From an archaeon (GTDB lineage: Archaea > B1Sed10-29 > JAJSAI01): a DNA stretch of 57,875 nt. Of the stretch, positions 1 to 8,909 are shown in pieces. Under the pieces are notes generated by a model, which saw nothing but the letters and a program-made list of their open reading frames with translations, ran no database searches and was not told the origin of the DNA. The first letter of the stretch is position 1. Every line of letters starts with the position of its first letter. Where the stretch lies: assembly GCA_024274695.1 (NCBI GenBank), contig JAJSAI010000014.1, positions 1 through 57,875 on the forward strand, in the 5' to 3' direction. Position numbers and translations under genes: made by a program.

Positions 1-362
1 GCTGTGAACCCGTAGTCGCCGCGCACTACCTTTACCCAGGGGAGGATCGCGGTTAACAGTATCAGGGGGAGTGTCCCGAGGACGGTTCCCTGCCACAGGC
101 TCTTACTGGACAGGGAGACTCCTGTGAGTGTCAGGAAAAGGGTCCCGAGGCTGAGGTCGAGCATGATCACCTGGCGTAGGACAAGCGCTGTGCCCGCGTC
201 CTGTGCGGACTGCATCCACGCGTCAAGAACGACCCAGATGAGAACAGAGACAAGGCTGGCTAAAAAGAATTTTCTTGAGAGTATCTTCAGGTTACTTGAG
301 ATCCTTTTCATCATCAGCGCAAGGGGCAGTAGCGCCAGCGCGTGGAATATCAGGTGCATCAT
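1..362 (-). CDS. Membrane protein, N-terminal part only (gene continues past left edge)
   Basis: The reverse frame is open from ATG at 362 to base 1 ([26 protein letters not shown]...[11 protein letters not shown]...[10 protein letters not shown]...[12 protein letters not shown]). It is absent from the ORF track because no stop lies in the window. It has hydrophobic helices and a TATA-like box about 29 nt upstream. Preferred over the + ORF 124..393. Confidence 0.45.
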   Translation of the reverse strand, partial: MMHLIFHALALLPLALMMKRISSNLKILSRKFFLASLVSVLIWVVLDAWMQSAQDAGTALVLRQVIMLDLSLGTLFLTLTGVSLSSKSLWQGTVLGTLPLILLTAILPWVKVVRGDYGFT

Positions 363-386
363 CCAGGACAAAGAAGGACAGAAGGG

Positions 387-395
387 TTTTTAATA
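387..395. promoter_or_regulatory. TATA-like box TTTTTAATA in divergent intergenic region
   Basis: A/T-rich near-palindromic element about 29 nt from the minus-strand ATG at 362 and about 47 nt upstream of the rpl40e ATG at 438, which also has GGAGG at 424-428. Confidence 0.4.
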
Positions 396-437
396 CCTTT
401 CCACAGAAAAAAACTGGAGCTAAGGAGGTTACCGACA

Positions 438-587
438 ATGCCAATATTCCCTGAGGTCAAGGAAAGGCTCTTGAAGAAAAAGATATGCATGAAGTGTAGC
501 GCTAGGAATCCTTGGACTGCCAAGAAGTGCAGGAAGTGCGGTTCAACTGACCTGAGGCCCAAGAAGATGGGCAAGAAGATGAAGTGA
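438..587 (+). CDS. rpl40e: 50S ribosomal protein L40e
   Basis: 49 aa, [49 protein letters not shown]. Basic, with a CxxC...CxxC zinc ribbon typical of archaeal L40e. SD-like GGAGG lies 10 nt upstream. The ORF-track start at 342 is an upstream extension. Confidence 0.9.
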   Translation: MPIFPEVKERLLKKKICMKCSARNPWTAKKCRKCGSTDLRPKKMGKKMK

Positions 588-588
588 G

Positions 589-1440
589 ATGAGGGAAAAA
601 CTCGTCTCAAGGGCTGAAAGAATTCTGGAAAGGGCAGGCTACCGTGTTCTCAAGTACTTTTCAGCCTGCTTTGATCTTGCGGCCTCTGGAAGGAAGCGCT
701 TGCTAGTTAAGGCGATTCTCAACGTGGACGGCTTCAGGCCAGGGCATGCTAGGGACCTTAAAAAACTGGCCGTGTGCGTGGACGCGGAGCCCATAGTCGT
801 GGGTGTTAAAACAAAAAGAGGCCTGCTGAAAAAGGGAGTGGTCTACGAACGGTTCGGGGTAATTGCCCTTTCTCCTGAGACTCTTGAAGGCTATGTGGCC
901 GGAGAATGCCCTCTGCCCTTTTACTCTAGGGGAAGGGAACTGGTGGAATTCGATCCAGTGAGACTGCGGCGCCTGCGCGAGTCAAGGGGCCTTTCCCTAT
1001 CAGGAATGGCTGCATTACTGGGGGTGTCCAAAGAGGCAGTTTACTTGTACGAGAGAGGGTCTCTGAAGATGAGGAGAGAGATCGCCGAGAGGATAGAAAA
1101 CGAGTTCGGCGAGAGCATAACCAAGAAGGTAGAGCTGAGGATAAGCGCTCCTGAAGAAGGCCTGGAAAAAAGACTGTCAACAGCCCTCGCGTCCCTTGAT
1201 TTCAGGGTTAGGGAGTTTGAGAGGACAGGGTTTGATGTTTTCGCGTATGATGAGTCTAACAGGGTGCTCATGACCGAAGGGATTCCAAGTTCTCCTGAGA
1301 AGATCATGAGCCTTTCAGACTTTTTTGACAGCAAGGTCGGGTTCGTGTCAGAACACGGGGAAGAAGACCTGCCTGTGCTATCCTGGGAAGAATTGTCCAG
1401 CGCAGGGTCAAAGAAAAAGCTCCTTTCCCTGCTCCGTTAG
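589..1440 (+). CDS. Archaeal HTH (XRE-type) transcriptional regulator, COG1395-like
   Basis: 283 aa. The central segment RLRRLRESRGLSLSGMAALLGVSKEAVYLYERG is a classic XRE helix-turn-helix flanked by the N- and C-domains seen in the archaeal 'putative HTH-type transcriptional regulatory protein' family. The start lies 1 nt after the rpl40e stop. Confidence 0.75.
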   Translation: MREKLVSRAERILERAGYRVLKYFSACFDLAASGRKRLLVKAILNVDGFRPGHARDLKKLAVCVDAEPIVVGVKTKRGLLKKGVVYERFGVIALSPETLEGYVAGECPLPFYSRGRELVEFDPVRLRRLRESRGLSLSGMAALLGVSKEAVYLYERGSLKMRREIAERIENEFGESITKKVELRISAPEEGLEKRLSTALASLDFRVREFERTGFDVFAYDESNRVLMTEGIPSSPEKIMSLSDFFDSKVGFVSEHGEEDLPVLSWEELSSAGSKKKLLSLLR

Positions 1441-1457
1441 GATTTTTGAGGGAAAAG

Positions 1458-1544
1458 TGGTGCGAGGGAGGGGATTTGAACCCCCGATGGGACTAACCCA
1501 CAAGGCCCTCAACCTTGCGCTATACCAGGCTAAGCAACCCTCGC
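1458..1544 (-). tRNA. tRNA-Leu (anticodon GAG), CCA encoded
   Basis: Reverse strand reads GCGAGGGTTGCTTAGCCTGGTATAGCGCAAGGTTGAGGGCCTTGTGGGTTAGTCCCATCGGGGGTTCAAATCCCCTCCCTCGCACCA. It has a 7-bp acceptor stem, anticodon loop TTGAGGG, a long variable arm and a GTTCAAATC T-loop. Confidence 0.9.
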
Positions 1545-1604
1545 TCCCCTGTTTAATTCTTTTTGAGCGATCGGTTAAAAAACCTTTTGTTCGGAACAAG
1601 ATAC

Positions 1605-2501
1605 ATGATGATCGGACTTCCCCTGAACACTGGCCTTGGAAAAGAGCTTGGGAAAAAGGGAACGAGCTCGGACGTCACGCTGTACAACCGCAGGTCCGGA
1701 GAGAAGGTGCTTAACGTGGTAGAGGCTTCCTCGTACCCTGAGAAGATAACGTCCATGCTCTTGTCGGTAAGCCTGTCAGAGTTTCTGGTGTTTCACGTGA
1801 GGCTAGATGGGCTTGACAAGAACTTTGCAGAGGCTGTTCTGGCTGCTGACGCTCTCGAGAAGAAGGAGGGTACTGTGTTCTTGGACGGGGTTGTTGAAGA
1901 ACAGGTGAAGCCCCTGGTCTCGGGGACTGTTGTCGAGCGCTATGAGTTCTTCTCAGGCTCTCCCGCGGACCTGCTCGCGAGACTGCTGTCCCTGGAGTCC
2001 TCCAGGAGTTCTGCCGGCCCGGCGAGAGTGCTCGTGGACCACTCCTTTCAGGTCAGGGGAGTTGGCACGGTGGTGTTGGGTGTTGTGCTGTCCGGGGAGG
2101 TTAAAAAGTACGATTCTCTCACCGCGCACCCTCTGGAAAAAGAGGTTACTGTGAAGTCCATTCAGGTGATGGACGAGGACCTGGATTCTGCCCGGGCGGG
2201 AGACAGGGTTGGCCTTGCCCTGAAAGGAGTCACCCCAGAGGAAGTGTCGCGGGGCACTGTGATAGGTGACGCGGAGACTGTAGCCGAGCTTTCTGCAGCA
2301 ATAGAGTACAACAGGTACTCCCAGGACACTGCCCTGGAAAGGAGTATGCTATTCGCCGGCGCGTCCAAGACCGAGTTCAGGGCAGGAGGAGAAAGGCTTC
2401 TGCTCGGGAAAAAGATCCCGGTCTGGAAGGGCCAGAACATGGTGGTTTACGACCAAAGCAAGAGGCCCACGGTAAGAGGGCGGCTGCGGGTTCCAGGATG
2501 A
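1605..2501 (+). CDS. EF-Tu/SelB-like protein with beta-barrel domain 2 and a degenerate G domain
   Basis: ARVLVDHSFQVRGVGTVVLGVVLSGEVKKYDSL...AGDRVGLALKGV...RGTVI matches the translation-GTPase domain 2 pattern. The N-terminus is MMIGLPLNTGLGKELGKKGTSSDVTLYN and has no GxxxxGK[ST] P-loop. Start moved to ATG 1605 so the gene clears the tRNA promoter region. Confidence 0.65.
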   Translation: MMIGLPLNTGLGKELGKKGTSSDVTLYNRRSGEKVLNVVEASSYPEKITSMLLSVSLSEFLVFHVRLDGLDKNFAEAVLAADALEKKEGTVFLDGVVEEQVKPLVSGTVVERYEFFSGSPADLLARLLSLESSRSSAGPARVLVDHSFQVRGVGTVVLGVVLSGEVKKYDSLTAHPLEKEVTVKSIQVMDEDLDSARAGDRVGLALKGVTPEEVSRGTVIGDAETVAELSAAIEYNRYSQDTALERSMLFAGASKTEFRAGGERLLLGKKIPVWKGQNMVVYDQSKRPTVRGRLRVPG

Positions 2502-2531
2502 CAGATAAATTAAAATATTCCTCTTCTGTTC

Positions 2532-3206
2532 TTGTATACCATGGTGTTCGAGCTTAACGGAGTAAAAGTCCGCTGGCACGGTCACGCCACGTTCTCGTTT
2601 GAGTGGAACGGCGGGGTCCTGTACACGGATCCTTTTGTCCTTCCCGCCGACCCCCTGAAGGCAGACGTTGTCCTGGTGACCCACTCCCACTACGACCACT
2701 GCGACCCTGACAAGATAAGGGCGGTTTCAAAGCCCGGCGCCAGGATAGTTTGCCCTGGAGACTGCAGGGAAAAGCTCTCCTCCTTTGACTTGGTCGTGCT
2801 GGAGCCAGGCAAGGAAGCGATAGTGTCAGGAGTCAGGGTGGCTGCTGTCCCCGCCTACAACACTAACAAGTTCAGGGCTCCTGGGGATGTCTTCCACCCG
2901 AAGGAGAACAAGTGGAACGGTTACGTTTTCGAGATAAACGGGACGAGGTTCTACCACGCGGGCGACACTGACGTGATCCCTGAGATGGAGAACCTGAAGG
3001 GAAAGGTTGACGTGGCAATGCTTCCCGTGGGCGGCACTTACACAATGACCCTGCAGGAGGCTGTTGAAGCAGTAAATATAATAAACCCAGAATACTTTAT
3101 CCCAATGCACTATAACCATCTTCCCGGGCTGGAGGTGTCCGAGGAAGAAATAAGGAAGGCATGTGAAGGAATGAGTTCACAGCTCGTGATAATGGAGGTG
3201 GAATGA
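2532..3206 (+). CDS. Metallo-beta-lactamase-fold metal-dependent hydrolase (UPF0173-like)
   Basis: VRWHGHATFSFE...VLYTDPF...ADVVLVTHSHYDHCD contains the HxHxDH motif, followed by HAGDT and a later PMHY. An alternative start at 2541 would be leaderless behind the AAATTAAAATATT box at 2507-2519. Confidence 0.8.
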   Translation: MYTMVFELNGVKVRWHGHATFSFEWNGGVLYTDPFVLPADPLKADVVLVTHSHYDHCDPDKIRAVSKPGARIVCPGDCREKLSSFDLVVLEPGKEAIVSGVRVAAVPAYNTNKFRAPGDVFHPKENKWNGYVFEINGTRFYHAGDTDVIPEMENLKGKVDVAMLPVGGTYTMTLQEAVEAVNIINPEYFIPMHYNHLPGLEVSEEEIRKACEGMSSQLVIMEVE

Positions 3207-3207
3207 G

Positions 3208-3417
3208 ATGAAAGAGTTCGAGGAAATAAAAGAAGGGCTCGTGCAGGCCAACGAAAAACTCAGGAACGTGAACCCTGACGAGCTGGACGAAAAGCTCTTG
3301 GCCAGCGTGGTGGACCAGCTGATAGACCTGGTGAAGGACCTTACAGAAAGAGTGGACCTGCTGTCCGAAAGGGTAGAAGTCCTCAGCGAGAAGGTCAAGG
3401 TCGAGAGCGCCCAGTAA
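3208..3417 (+). CDS. Small acidic coiled-coil protein, hypothetical
   Basis: 69 aa with heptad-like Leu/Val spacing. The start lies 1 nt after the upstream stop (TGAGATG), and an oligo-T tract follows the stop. Confidence 0.55.
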   Translation: MKEFEEIKEGLVQANEKLRNVNPDELDEKLLASVVDQLIDLVKDLTERVDLLSERVEVLSEKVKVESAQ

Positions 3418-3431
3418 AGCGAAAACCAACC

Positions 3432-3442
3432 TTTTCTTTTTT
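3432..3442 (+). terminator. Oligo-T tract (TTTTCTTTTTT), possible archaeal terminator
   Basis: A T-run lies directly downstream of the 3208..3417 stop. Archaeal termination typically uses oligo-T. Confidence 0.3.
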
Positions 3443-3456
3443 GGAGGTATTCTCCT

Positions 3457-4257
3457 GTGAAGAGGAGGAAGAGAAAAAAGGTGGGCGTAAGACCTAGGGC
3501 AGTTCTTGTGTACGGCGGGCTTCTGGCAGGAGTGGTCACTGCACTACTCATCTGCCAGGCTCTTCTTCCCGCGCTGCCTGAAGTGTACTCGTACGTTCCG
3601 GGCAACGCTTCCCTTGTGACCGCGGTTAATGACGCTGGCCTGCTCTCAAAAATGGCGGGGGACGACCAGCTGAGTATAGGGCTTCAGGACGCCGGCCTGG
3701 TGCGCACGATAAACTTCGGGTACAACGGGAGCCTGTTCTCCCTGATAGAACTCAGGTCCGCGGATTCAAACCTTTTTACCGGATGTACTGCGGTCGGGGC
3801 CCAGATGTACGATTGTTCTGGGATCGTGGGAGACTGGTACGTTTACAGGTTGGGCCAGAACCTTCTGCTTGGGGCGGACTCAAGAGAAGCGCTGGAGAGC
3901 ATGGTTAAACTCTATCCTCTGAGAAAACCCTTCAGCCCCCCGCATCCTGAGATAATGAAAATGCCCCTGGCAGTGTACGTTAACCTCTCACTTGGGAAGG
4001 GCTCCTCCTGGGCTTCGTCAGACGAAAACTTTACCCTGCTTATGATAGGGATGTCAGAGCAGGGGCTAAAAATCCTGGTGGGGTGCAGGGACGTTAGCAC
4101 CGCTGAGTATTACGAGAAGCACTACGAGGAGATAACCTCTCCTGTTGAGAACACTATTCTTGACGTGGGGCGCGCGAACGTGCGCAGGGAAGGAAAGCTG
4201 GTCATGATAGAATACGAGGGGAACTTCAGCCAGTACCTCTCGAATGCCTTTCAATAA
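3457..4257 (+). CDS. N-terminally anchored hypothetical protein
   Basis: GTG start with GGAGGT 8 nt upstream. The basic N-terminus MKRRKRKKVGVRPR is followed by one TM helix (AVLVYGGLLAGVVTALLICQALL) and a soluble domain of about 215 aa. Confidence 0.6.
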   Translation: MKRRKRKKVGVRPRAVLVYGGLLAGVVTALLICQALLPALPEVYSYVPGNASLVTAVNDAGLLSKMAGDDQLSIGLQDAGLVRTINFGYNGSLFSLIELRSADSNLFTGCTAVGAQMYDCSGIVGDWYVYRLGQNLLLGADSREALESMVKLYPLRKPFSPPHPEIMKMPLAVYVNLSLGKGSSWASSDENFTLLMIGMSEQGLKILVGCRDVSTAEYYEKHYEEITSPVENTILDVGRANVRREGKLVMIEYEGNFSQYLSNAFQ

Positions 4258-5443
4258 ACCTCGTTATCCTCTGGAACCCTTCGTCTATCCTCTCCTCTGT
4301 TTCTGAAACGAACGTGAGCCTCACGTGCCCTATGCCCTGCTTTCCGAAAAATCTCCCGGGTATCACCACGACCTTTTCCTCCTCCAGGAGCGCGTCCGCG
4401 AACTGCACGTCGTCCATTCCCATTCTTGAAAGGTACTGCCTCATGTCCGGGAAGAAGTAGAACGCTCCATTAGGGACCGAGTACCCTGCTTCGGGAAGGT
4501 ACTTGTCAATGCACTCATGCATTTTTTCCTTCCTCCTCTTGTAGGTTGGGATCACTACCTTGGACAGGTACTCTCTTTTTATTCTTCCCTTGTTCTCCAG
4601 AAACTTTCTCACCGCGTACTGGACTGTTCTGCCTGGGGCCAGTGATGTGGACTGTTTTATCTCGCTTATCTTCCTGACTACCTCCTTGGGGCCGTAGAAG
4701 TACCGTATCCTCAGCCCGGGAATGCTGGCAGTTTTGGAGAACGAGCAGCAGGTTATCGTTTTTTCTTCAGCCCCGTAGTGCCGCGAGTTCACGAACTTTC
4801 CTTCAAAGACTATGTGCTTGTATATGTCGTCCGTTATGAGCCACAGGTCGTGGTCTTCAGCCATGTCCGTCAGGAACTTCATGCTCTCGTCATTGTACAG
4901 CGTGCCGGTGGGGTTGTCAGGAGATGCTATCATTATTGCCTTGGTTTTCTTGCTGATAGCTTCCTTGAACTTCTCCTGGTCTATCTGGAACCCGATCTCC
5001 CAGCTTGACGGGACCATAACCTCTTTGGCGCCCGTCAGTTTTATGGGCTCCCTGTACCCGAGGTAGCTTGGGTCAGGGGTTATGATCTCGTCCCCGGGGT
5101 CCAGCAAGGTCTGTAGGGTCACGTACAAGGCCTCTGTTCCCCCTACAGAGAGGCATATTGCTTCTGGGGGGATGTCAATACCCTCCCATTATTTCAGGTC
5201 CTCTGAAATGGCCTGCCTTGTTTTTGGCAGTCCTATCGTGCTACAGTATGACGTGGACTTCTGAGGCTCTCTTTCCATTCTCTCGCACATTGCCTGCAGG
5301 ATCTCTTTCGGGGGAGCAAGACTGGGGGCTCCTCCGCCGAAACTGATGATGTCGGGATCAAAACCTGCTTTTTCTATGAGCGCGGCTATTCTTCTTATCG
5401 GGGACGCTTGGTACTCTTTAGCCCTTCTTGCGATTCCGGGCAC
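4226..5443 (-). pseudogene. Class I/II PLP-dependent aminotransferase interrupted by one in-frame TAA (5189-5191)
   Basis: ORFs 5189..5443 and 4226..5128 are in the same frame. The read-through is ...KTRQAISEDLK*WEGIDIPPEAICLSVGGTEALYVTLQTLLDPGDEIITPDPSY...SFSKTASIPGLRIRY (PLP-lysine motif). Apart from the stop this is an intact aminotransferase. Confidence 0.75.
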
Positions 5444-7709
5444 GCTTGCTCACCTCTTTTTCTATCTTGTGCACAAGCACCTTTGTCCTTTCCACGGCGT
5501 CAGGGTTTACTGAGATGGAGTCTATCCCCTGTTTCACGAGGAACTCTGTGAACTCGGGATAATTGCTTGGAGCCTGCCCGCAGATGCTCACTGTCTTGCC
5601 CTTCTTGTGCGCTTCTTTTATCAGGTGCTTGATGGCTCTTTTCACGGCCTCGTTCCTCTCATCAAACAAGCCCATTCTCCCGAGGATCTGGGAGTCTCTG
5701 TCCACGCCGAGTATCAGCTGGGTCAGGTCGTTTGATCCTATGGAGAACCCGTCGCACAGTTCCGCGAACTTGTCCGCCAAGAAAATGTTGCTGGGCACTT
5801 CGGCCATGAGCCATAGCTTGAAGTCTTTTCCCGGCCTCAGGTCCTCTTCTTCCATTATCTGCCTAACCCTTTCCACTTCATGCAGGGTTCTTGGGAACGG
5901 GAGCATCACGTGCACGTTCTTCCATCTCTTGAGGACCTTCTTTAGTGCTTTTAGCTCCAGCCTGAAGGCTGGCTCGTACTCGGGGGAGATGTACCGTGAG
6001 CATCCTCTCCAGCCGAGCATGGGGTTTTCTTCCGCGGGCTCGTACTTTTCCCCTCCCTTGAGTTCCCTGTACTCGTTCGTCTTGAAGTCAGACAGCCTGA
6101 GCACCACTGGCCTCGGGTGAAACGCTCTGGCCACTGTGCTTATCCCCTTCGCGAGCTTGTCTATGAACTCTTTCTCCCTGCCCTGTTCTATGAGCGAGAG
6201 GGGATGTTCTTTGACGTATGTGGCGAGTATGAACTCTTCTCTCATCAGCCCGACCCCGTCACAAGGTTTTTTGGCGATCTCTTTTGCTATCTCCGGGACT
6301 CCCAGGTTGACGTACACTTTCGTCCTTGTTCTCGGCACATTGGTGATCTTCTTTTCTTTTTCCTTCACGTGAACGATTCCTTCCAGCACTATTCCTTTTC
6401 CTCCGTCGACCGTGACCAGCTGGCCTTCCTTGAGTTTTTTGGTGGCATTCCCTGTTCCCACCACGCAGGGTATTCCCAGCTCCCTGCTGACTATCGCGGC
6501 ATGGCTTGTTACTCCTCCTGAGTCTGTCACTATCGCGCTCGCTTTCCTCATGGCCGGGACCATGTCCGGGCTGGTCATCCATGCCACGAGAACGTCTCCT
6601 TTTCTCACTTTTCCAACGTCCTTCACGCTCTTGACTATCCTCACTTTCCCGGCACCGATTCCGGGGCTGGCGGCAAGCCCCTTAAGAAGTACTTTTCCTT
6701 TGATCTCTTCTTCTGCTTTTCCTTTTTTCATTGACCAGACTGTTTCAGGCCTGCTCTGGAGGATCATGATCTTGTTCGTTCTCCTGTCAACAGCCCACTC
6801 TATGTCCTGGGGGTGGCCGTAGTGCTTTTCCAGCCTTATCCCGTACTCTGCCAGTTTTTTCACCTGCGCGTCAGAAAGAACGGGCTTGTTGACCATGTGC
6901 TCTGGGACCTTTTTTTCAACAACTCCTCCCCCAGGTTTTCTCACGAGCATTACCCTTTTTTCTGCCACGTGTTTTTCAACTATCCTAAGGTCCCTTTTCC
7001 TCACGAAGAAGTCGTCAGGGGTTACTTTCCCTTGTACGATGTACTCCCCGAGGCCCCACGATCCTTCTATGAGCACTTTTGTAGTGTCTCCGTTCCTGAC
7101 GTCAAGGGTGAACATGACTCCGGAGCAGAGTGAGTCAACCATTAGCTGCACGCCGGCTGACAGGTACACTTTAGAGTGCTCGAAGCCCTTTTGTATCCTG
7201 TAAAAGATGGCCCGGTCCGTGAAAAGGCTTGCGTAGCACTCCTGCACTTTCTTGACAACGTTTTTTCCACCCACCACGTTCAGGTAGGTTTCCTGCTGTC
7301 CCGCGAAGCTCGCTCCGGGAAGATCCTCTGCCGTGGCGCTGGACCGTACTGACACGTACGCTCTTTTCACTCCCACCTTTTTTGAGAGTGTCTCGTACGC
7401 TTTGAGTATCTCCTTCTCAAGGTCTTCGGGCATTTTCGCGTTTAGTATGAGTTCCCGCACCTTTTTCCCAACAGCCCTTAGTGCTCTGGTGTCGTTCGGG
7501 TCCTTGATCTTGTCCAGCTCTTTCTGTATTCTCGGCCACAGCATGTTATACCTTAGGAAGTGTCTGTAGGCGTCCGCGGTCACTGCAAAGCCTGTTGGCA
7601 CTGGCACTTTCGCCTTGTTGAGCATTTCACCAAGATTAGCGTTCTTTCCCCCGACCTTGGGCAGGTCTTTCCTGGTTATCCTCTCGAATGGAATAACATA
7701 CTCTGGCAT
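5418..7709 (-). CDS. ppsA: Phosphoenolpyruvate synthase (pyruvate, water dikinase)
   Basis: 763 aa. N-terminal ATP-grasp region (VGGKNANLGEM), phosphohistidine swivel motif GGVTSHAAIVSRELGIPCVVG, and a C-terminal PEP-utilizer TIM barrel (GSNDLTQLILGVDRDS). Confidence 0.9.
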   Translation of the reverse strand: MPEYVIPFERITRKDLPKVGGKNANLGEMLNKAKVPVPTGFAVTADAYRHFLRYNMLWPRIQKELDKIKDPNDTRALRAVGKKVRELILNAKMPEDLEKEILKAYETLSKKVGVKRAYVSVRSSATAEDLPGASFAGQQETYLNVVGGKNVVKKVQECYASLFTDRAIFYRIQKGFEHSKVYLSAGVQLMVDSLCSGVMFTLDVRNGDTTKVLIEGSWGLGEYIVQGKVTPDDFFVRKRDLRIVEKHVAEKRVMLVRKPGGGVVEKKVPEHMVNKPVLSDAQVKKLAEYGIRLEKHYGHPQDIEWAVDRRTNKIMILQSRPETVWSMKKGKAEEEIKGKVLLKGLAASPGIGAGKVRIVKSVKDVGKVRKGDVLVAWMTSPDMVPAMRKASAIVTDSGGVTSHAAIVSRELGIPCVVGTGNATKKLKEGQLVTVDGGKGIVLEGIVHVKEKEKKITNVPRTRTKVYVNLGVPEIAKEIAKKPCDGVGLMREEFILATYVKEHPLSLIEQGREKEFIDKLAKGISTVARAFHPRPVVLRLSDFKTNEYRELKGGEKYEPAEENPMLGWRGCSRYISPEYEPAFRLELKALKKVLKRWKNVHVMLPFPRTLHEVERVRQIMEEEDLRPGKDFKLWLMAEVPSNIFLADKFAELCDGFSIGSNDLTQLILGVDRDSQILGRMGLFDERNEAVKRAIKHLIKEAHKKGKTVSICGQAPSNYPEFTEFLVKQGIDSISVNPDAVERTKVLVHKIEKEVSKRARNRKKG

Positions 7710-7730
7710 GCATAAGAGAACGCGTGAGCT

Positions 7731-7740
7731 GAATTAAAAA
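7731..7740 (-). promoter_or_regulatory. TATA box (TTTTTAATTC on minus strand) for leaderless ppsA
   Basis: Centred about 27 nt upstream of the ppsA ATG (7709). It overlaps the stop codon of the upstream gene. Confidence 0.45.
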
Positions 7741-8831
7741 CTTTCTTTTTCGAGCACGCAGAACTCTCTTACCACGACCCTGAGCACTCCAGGCTCTCTT
7801 TCCTCGTCAAGGATTGTGCGTTTCATCCATCTCTTCCTCAGGCCCTTCGGGACGGCCTGCCAGAGGTTCTTGACCCTGAATCCCCTGTGCCTTAACGCCT
7901 GCCTGACGAGCCTTCCTCTCCGGGTCCTTATGGCGGGCAGTACTATCGCTATCGTGCCCTTGTCGTCCATGGCCTTCCACGCCGAGTCCAGGAAAGCAGA
8001 GTATGTCCTGTGAAGGTATTTTTGTATCCCTTCAGCGTCCTGCCTTGTTATGGGCTCTCTTAGGGGAGGCCCTAACTCGGGCTCAGTCGCTATTGACATG
8101 ACTCCTGAAAACTTTTCGTGAACCCTTCTCGCGTTACACTGTTCAACCCGGAAGCTCGCGTTGCTCTTGTACTTTCTTTTAGCCCACTCCAGGTTCGCCC
8201 GCGTTGCCTCAACGGCTTTCCTGTTGCTGTCGCTCGCCATAATGTCCTGGACTCCGTTCACCACTGCTTCCACGGGGATCGTCCCGCTCCCGCAGAAGGG
8301 GTCTAGGACGTTTTCAGTGGCCATGCTCAGGTTCACGAGTATCATTGCCCTGCTGGGGGAGATCGTAAGCCCTAGGCGCACGGGCCTCTTCATGTCCCTC
8401 CTGGCCTGCTCGAAGGGGTTGTTGACCGCAACGGTCCTGCCCAGGTACAGTCTGCCCGTGCCCTGGATGACTGCCTCTTCTTCTATTCTTTTTTTGAGCA
8501 GGTCTGCTGGAGAATACGCGCCTCCCTTCGGGGCCTGCCACTTTTTCTTGAACTCTGCGAGGAAGGTGTTGTCAGCGTGAAGGCTTCCTGGAACTCCCCT
8601 GCCGGGAATGCGGCCGAGTTGCCTGGGGCTTATGACCTCTTCTATCTCGCATACTTTTACCGTGCCCCCAAGCTCGTCAATGCGGTCTCCTATGCTTGTT
8701 TCTGACTCCACTATTAGTGCGTACTCTGAGACGTCCCTGACCCTGAAGTCTATTCCTCTTTTGTCCAGCCAGGACAGTGCTTCTGCTATGCTCAGGCCAG
8801 GGTTTTTCCCGGTAACCAGCGCCTGGATCAT
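7734..8831 (-). CDS. THUMP-like domain plus class I SAM-dependent RNA (guanine-N2) methyltransferase, Trm11/TrmG10-like
   Basis: The SAM-binding motif VLDPFCGSGTIPVEA is typical of the UPF0020/Trm11 family, and the N-terminal region is THUMP-like. ATG at 8831; the ORF-track start at 8834 is a TTG one codon upstream. Confidence 0.7.
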   Translation of the reverse strand: MIQALVTGKNPGLSIAEALSWLDKRGIDFRVRDVSEYALIVESETSIGDRIDELGGTVKVCEIEEVISPRQLGRIPGRGVPGSLHADNTFLAEFKKKWQAPKGGAYSPADLLKKRIEEEAVIQGTGRLYLGRTVAVNNPFEQARRDMKRPVRLGLTISPSRAMILVNLSMATENVLDPFCGSGTIPVEAVVNGVQDIMASDSNRKAVEATRANLEWAKRKYKSNASFRVEQCNARRVHEKFSGVMSIATEPELGPPLREPITRQDAEGIQKYLHRTYSAFLDSAWKAMDDKGTIAIVLPAIRTRRGRLVRQALRHRGFRVKNLWQAVPKGLRKRWMKRTILDEEREPGVLRVVVREFCVLEKESF

Positions 8832-8855
8832 CAAACTAGTACAACGCTGGAAAGG

Positions 8856-8864
8856 TTTTTAAAA
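8856..8864. promoter_or_regulatory. Palindromic TATA element TTTTTAAAA, apparently bidirectional
   Basis: About 29 nt from the minus-strand ATG at 8831 (leaderless) and about 50 nt upstream of the plus-strand ATG at 8910, which has GGGAGG at 8894-8899. Confidence 0.45.
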
Positions 8865-8909
8865 CAGGGCTTCGGACAAAACAAGAGAACTTTTTGGGAG
8901 GTTTGAACG

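Noticed and set aside
124-587. Plus-strand ORFs 124..393 and the long form 342..587 of the L40e gene
   Set aside because: 124..393 lies antisense to a better, hydrophobic minus-strand ORF open to the window edge. The L40e family is about 50 aa, and ATG 438 has a GGAGG 10 nt upstream, so the upstream 32 codons are a spurious extension.
5189-5191. Selenocysteine or pyrrolysine recoding at the in-frame stop of the aminotransferase
   Set aside because: The codon is TAA, not TGA or TAG. TAA, TAG and TGA all serve as ordinary terminators of neighbouring genes.
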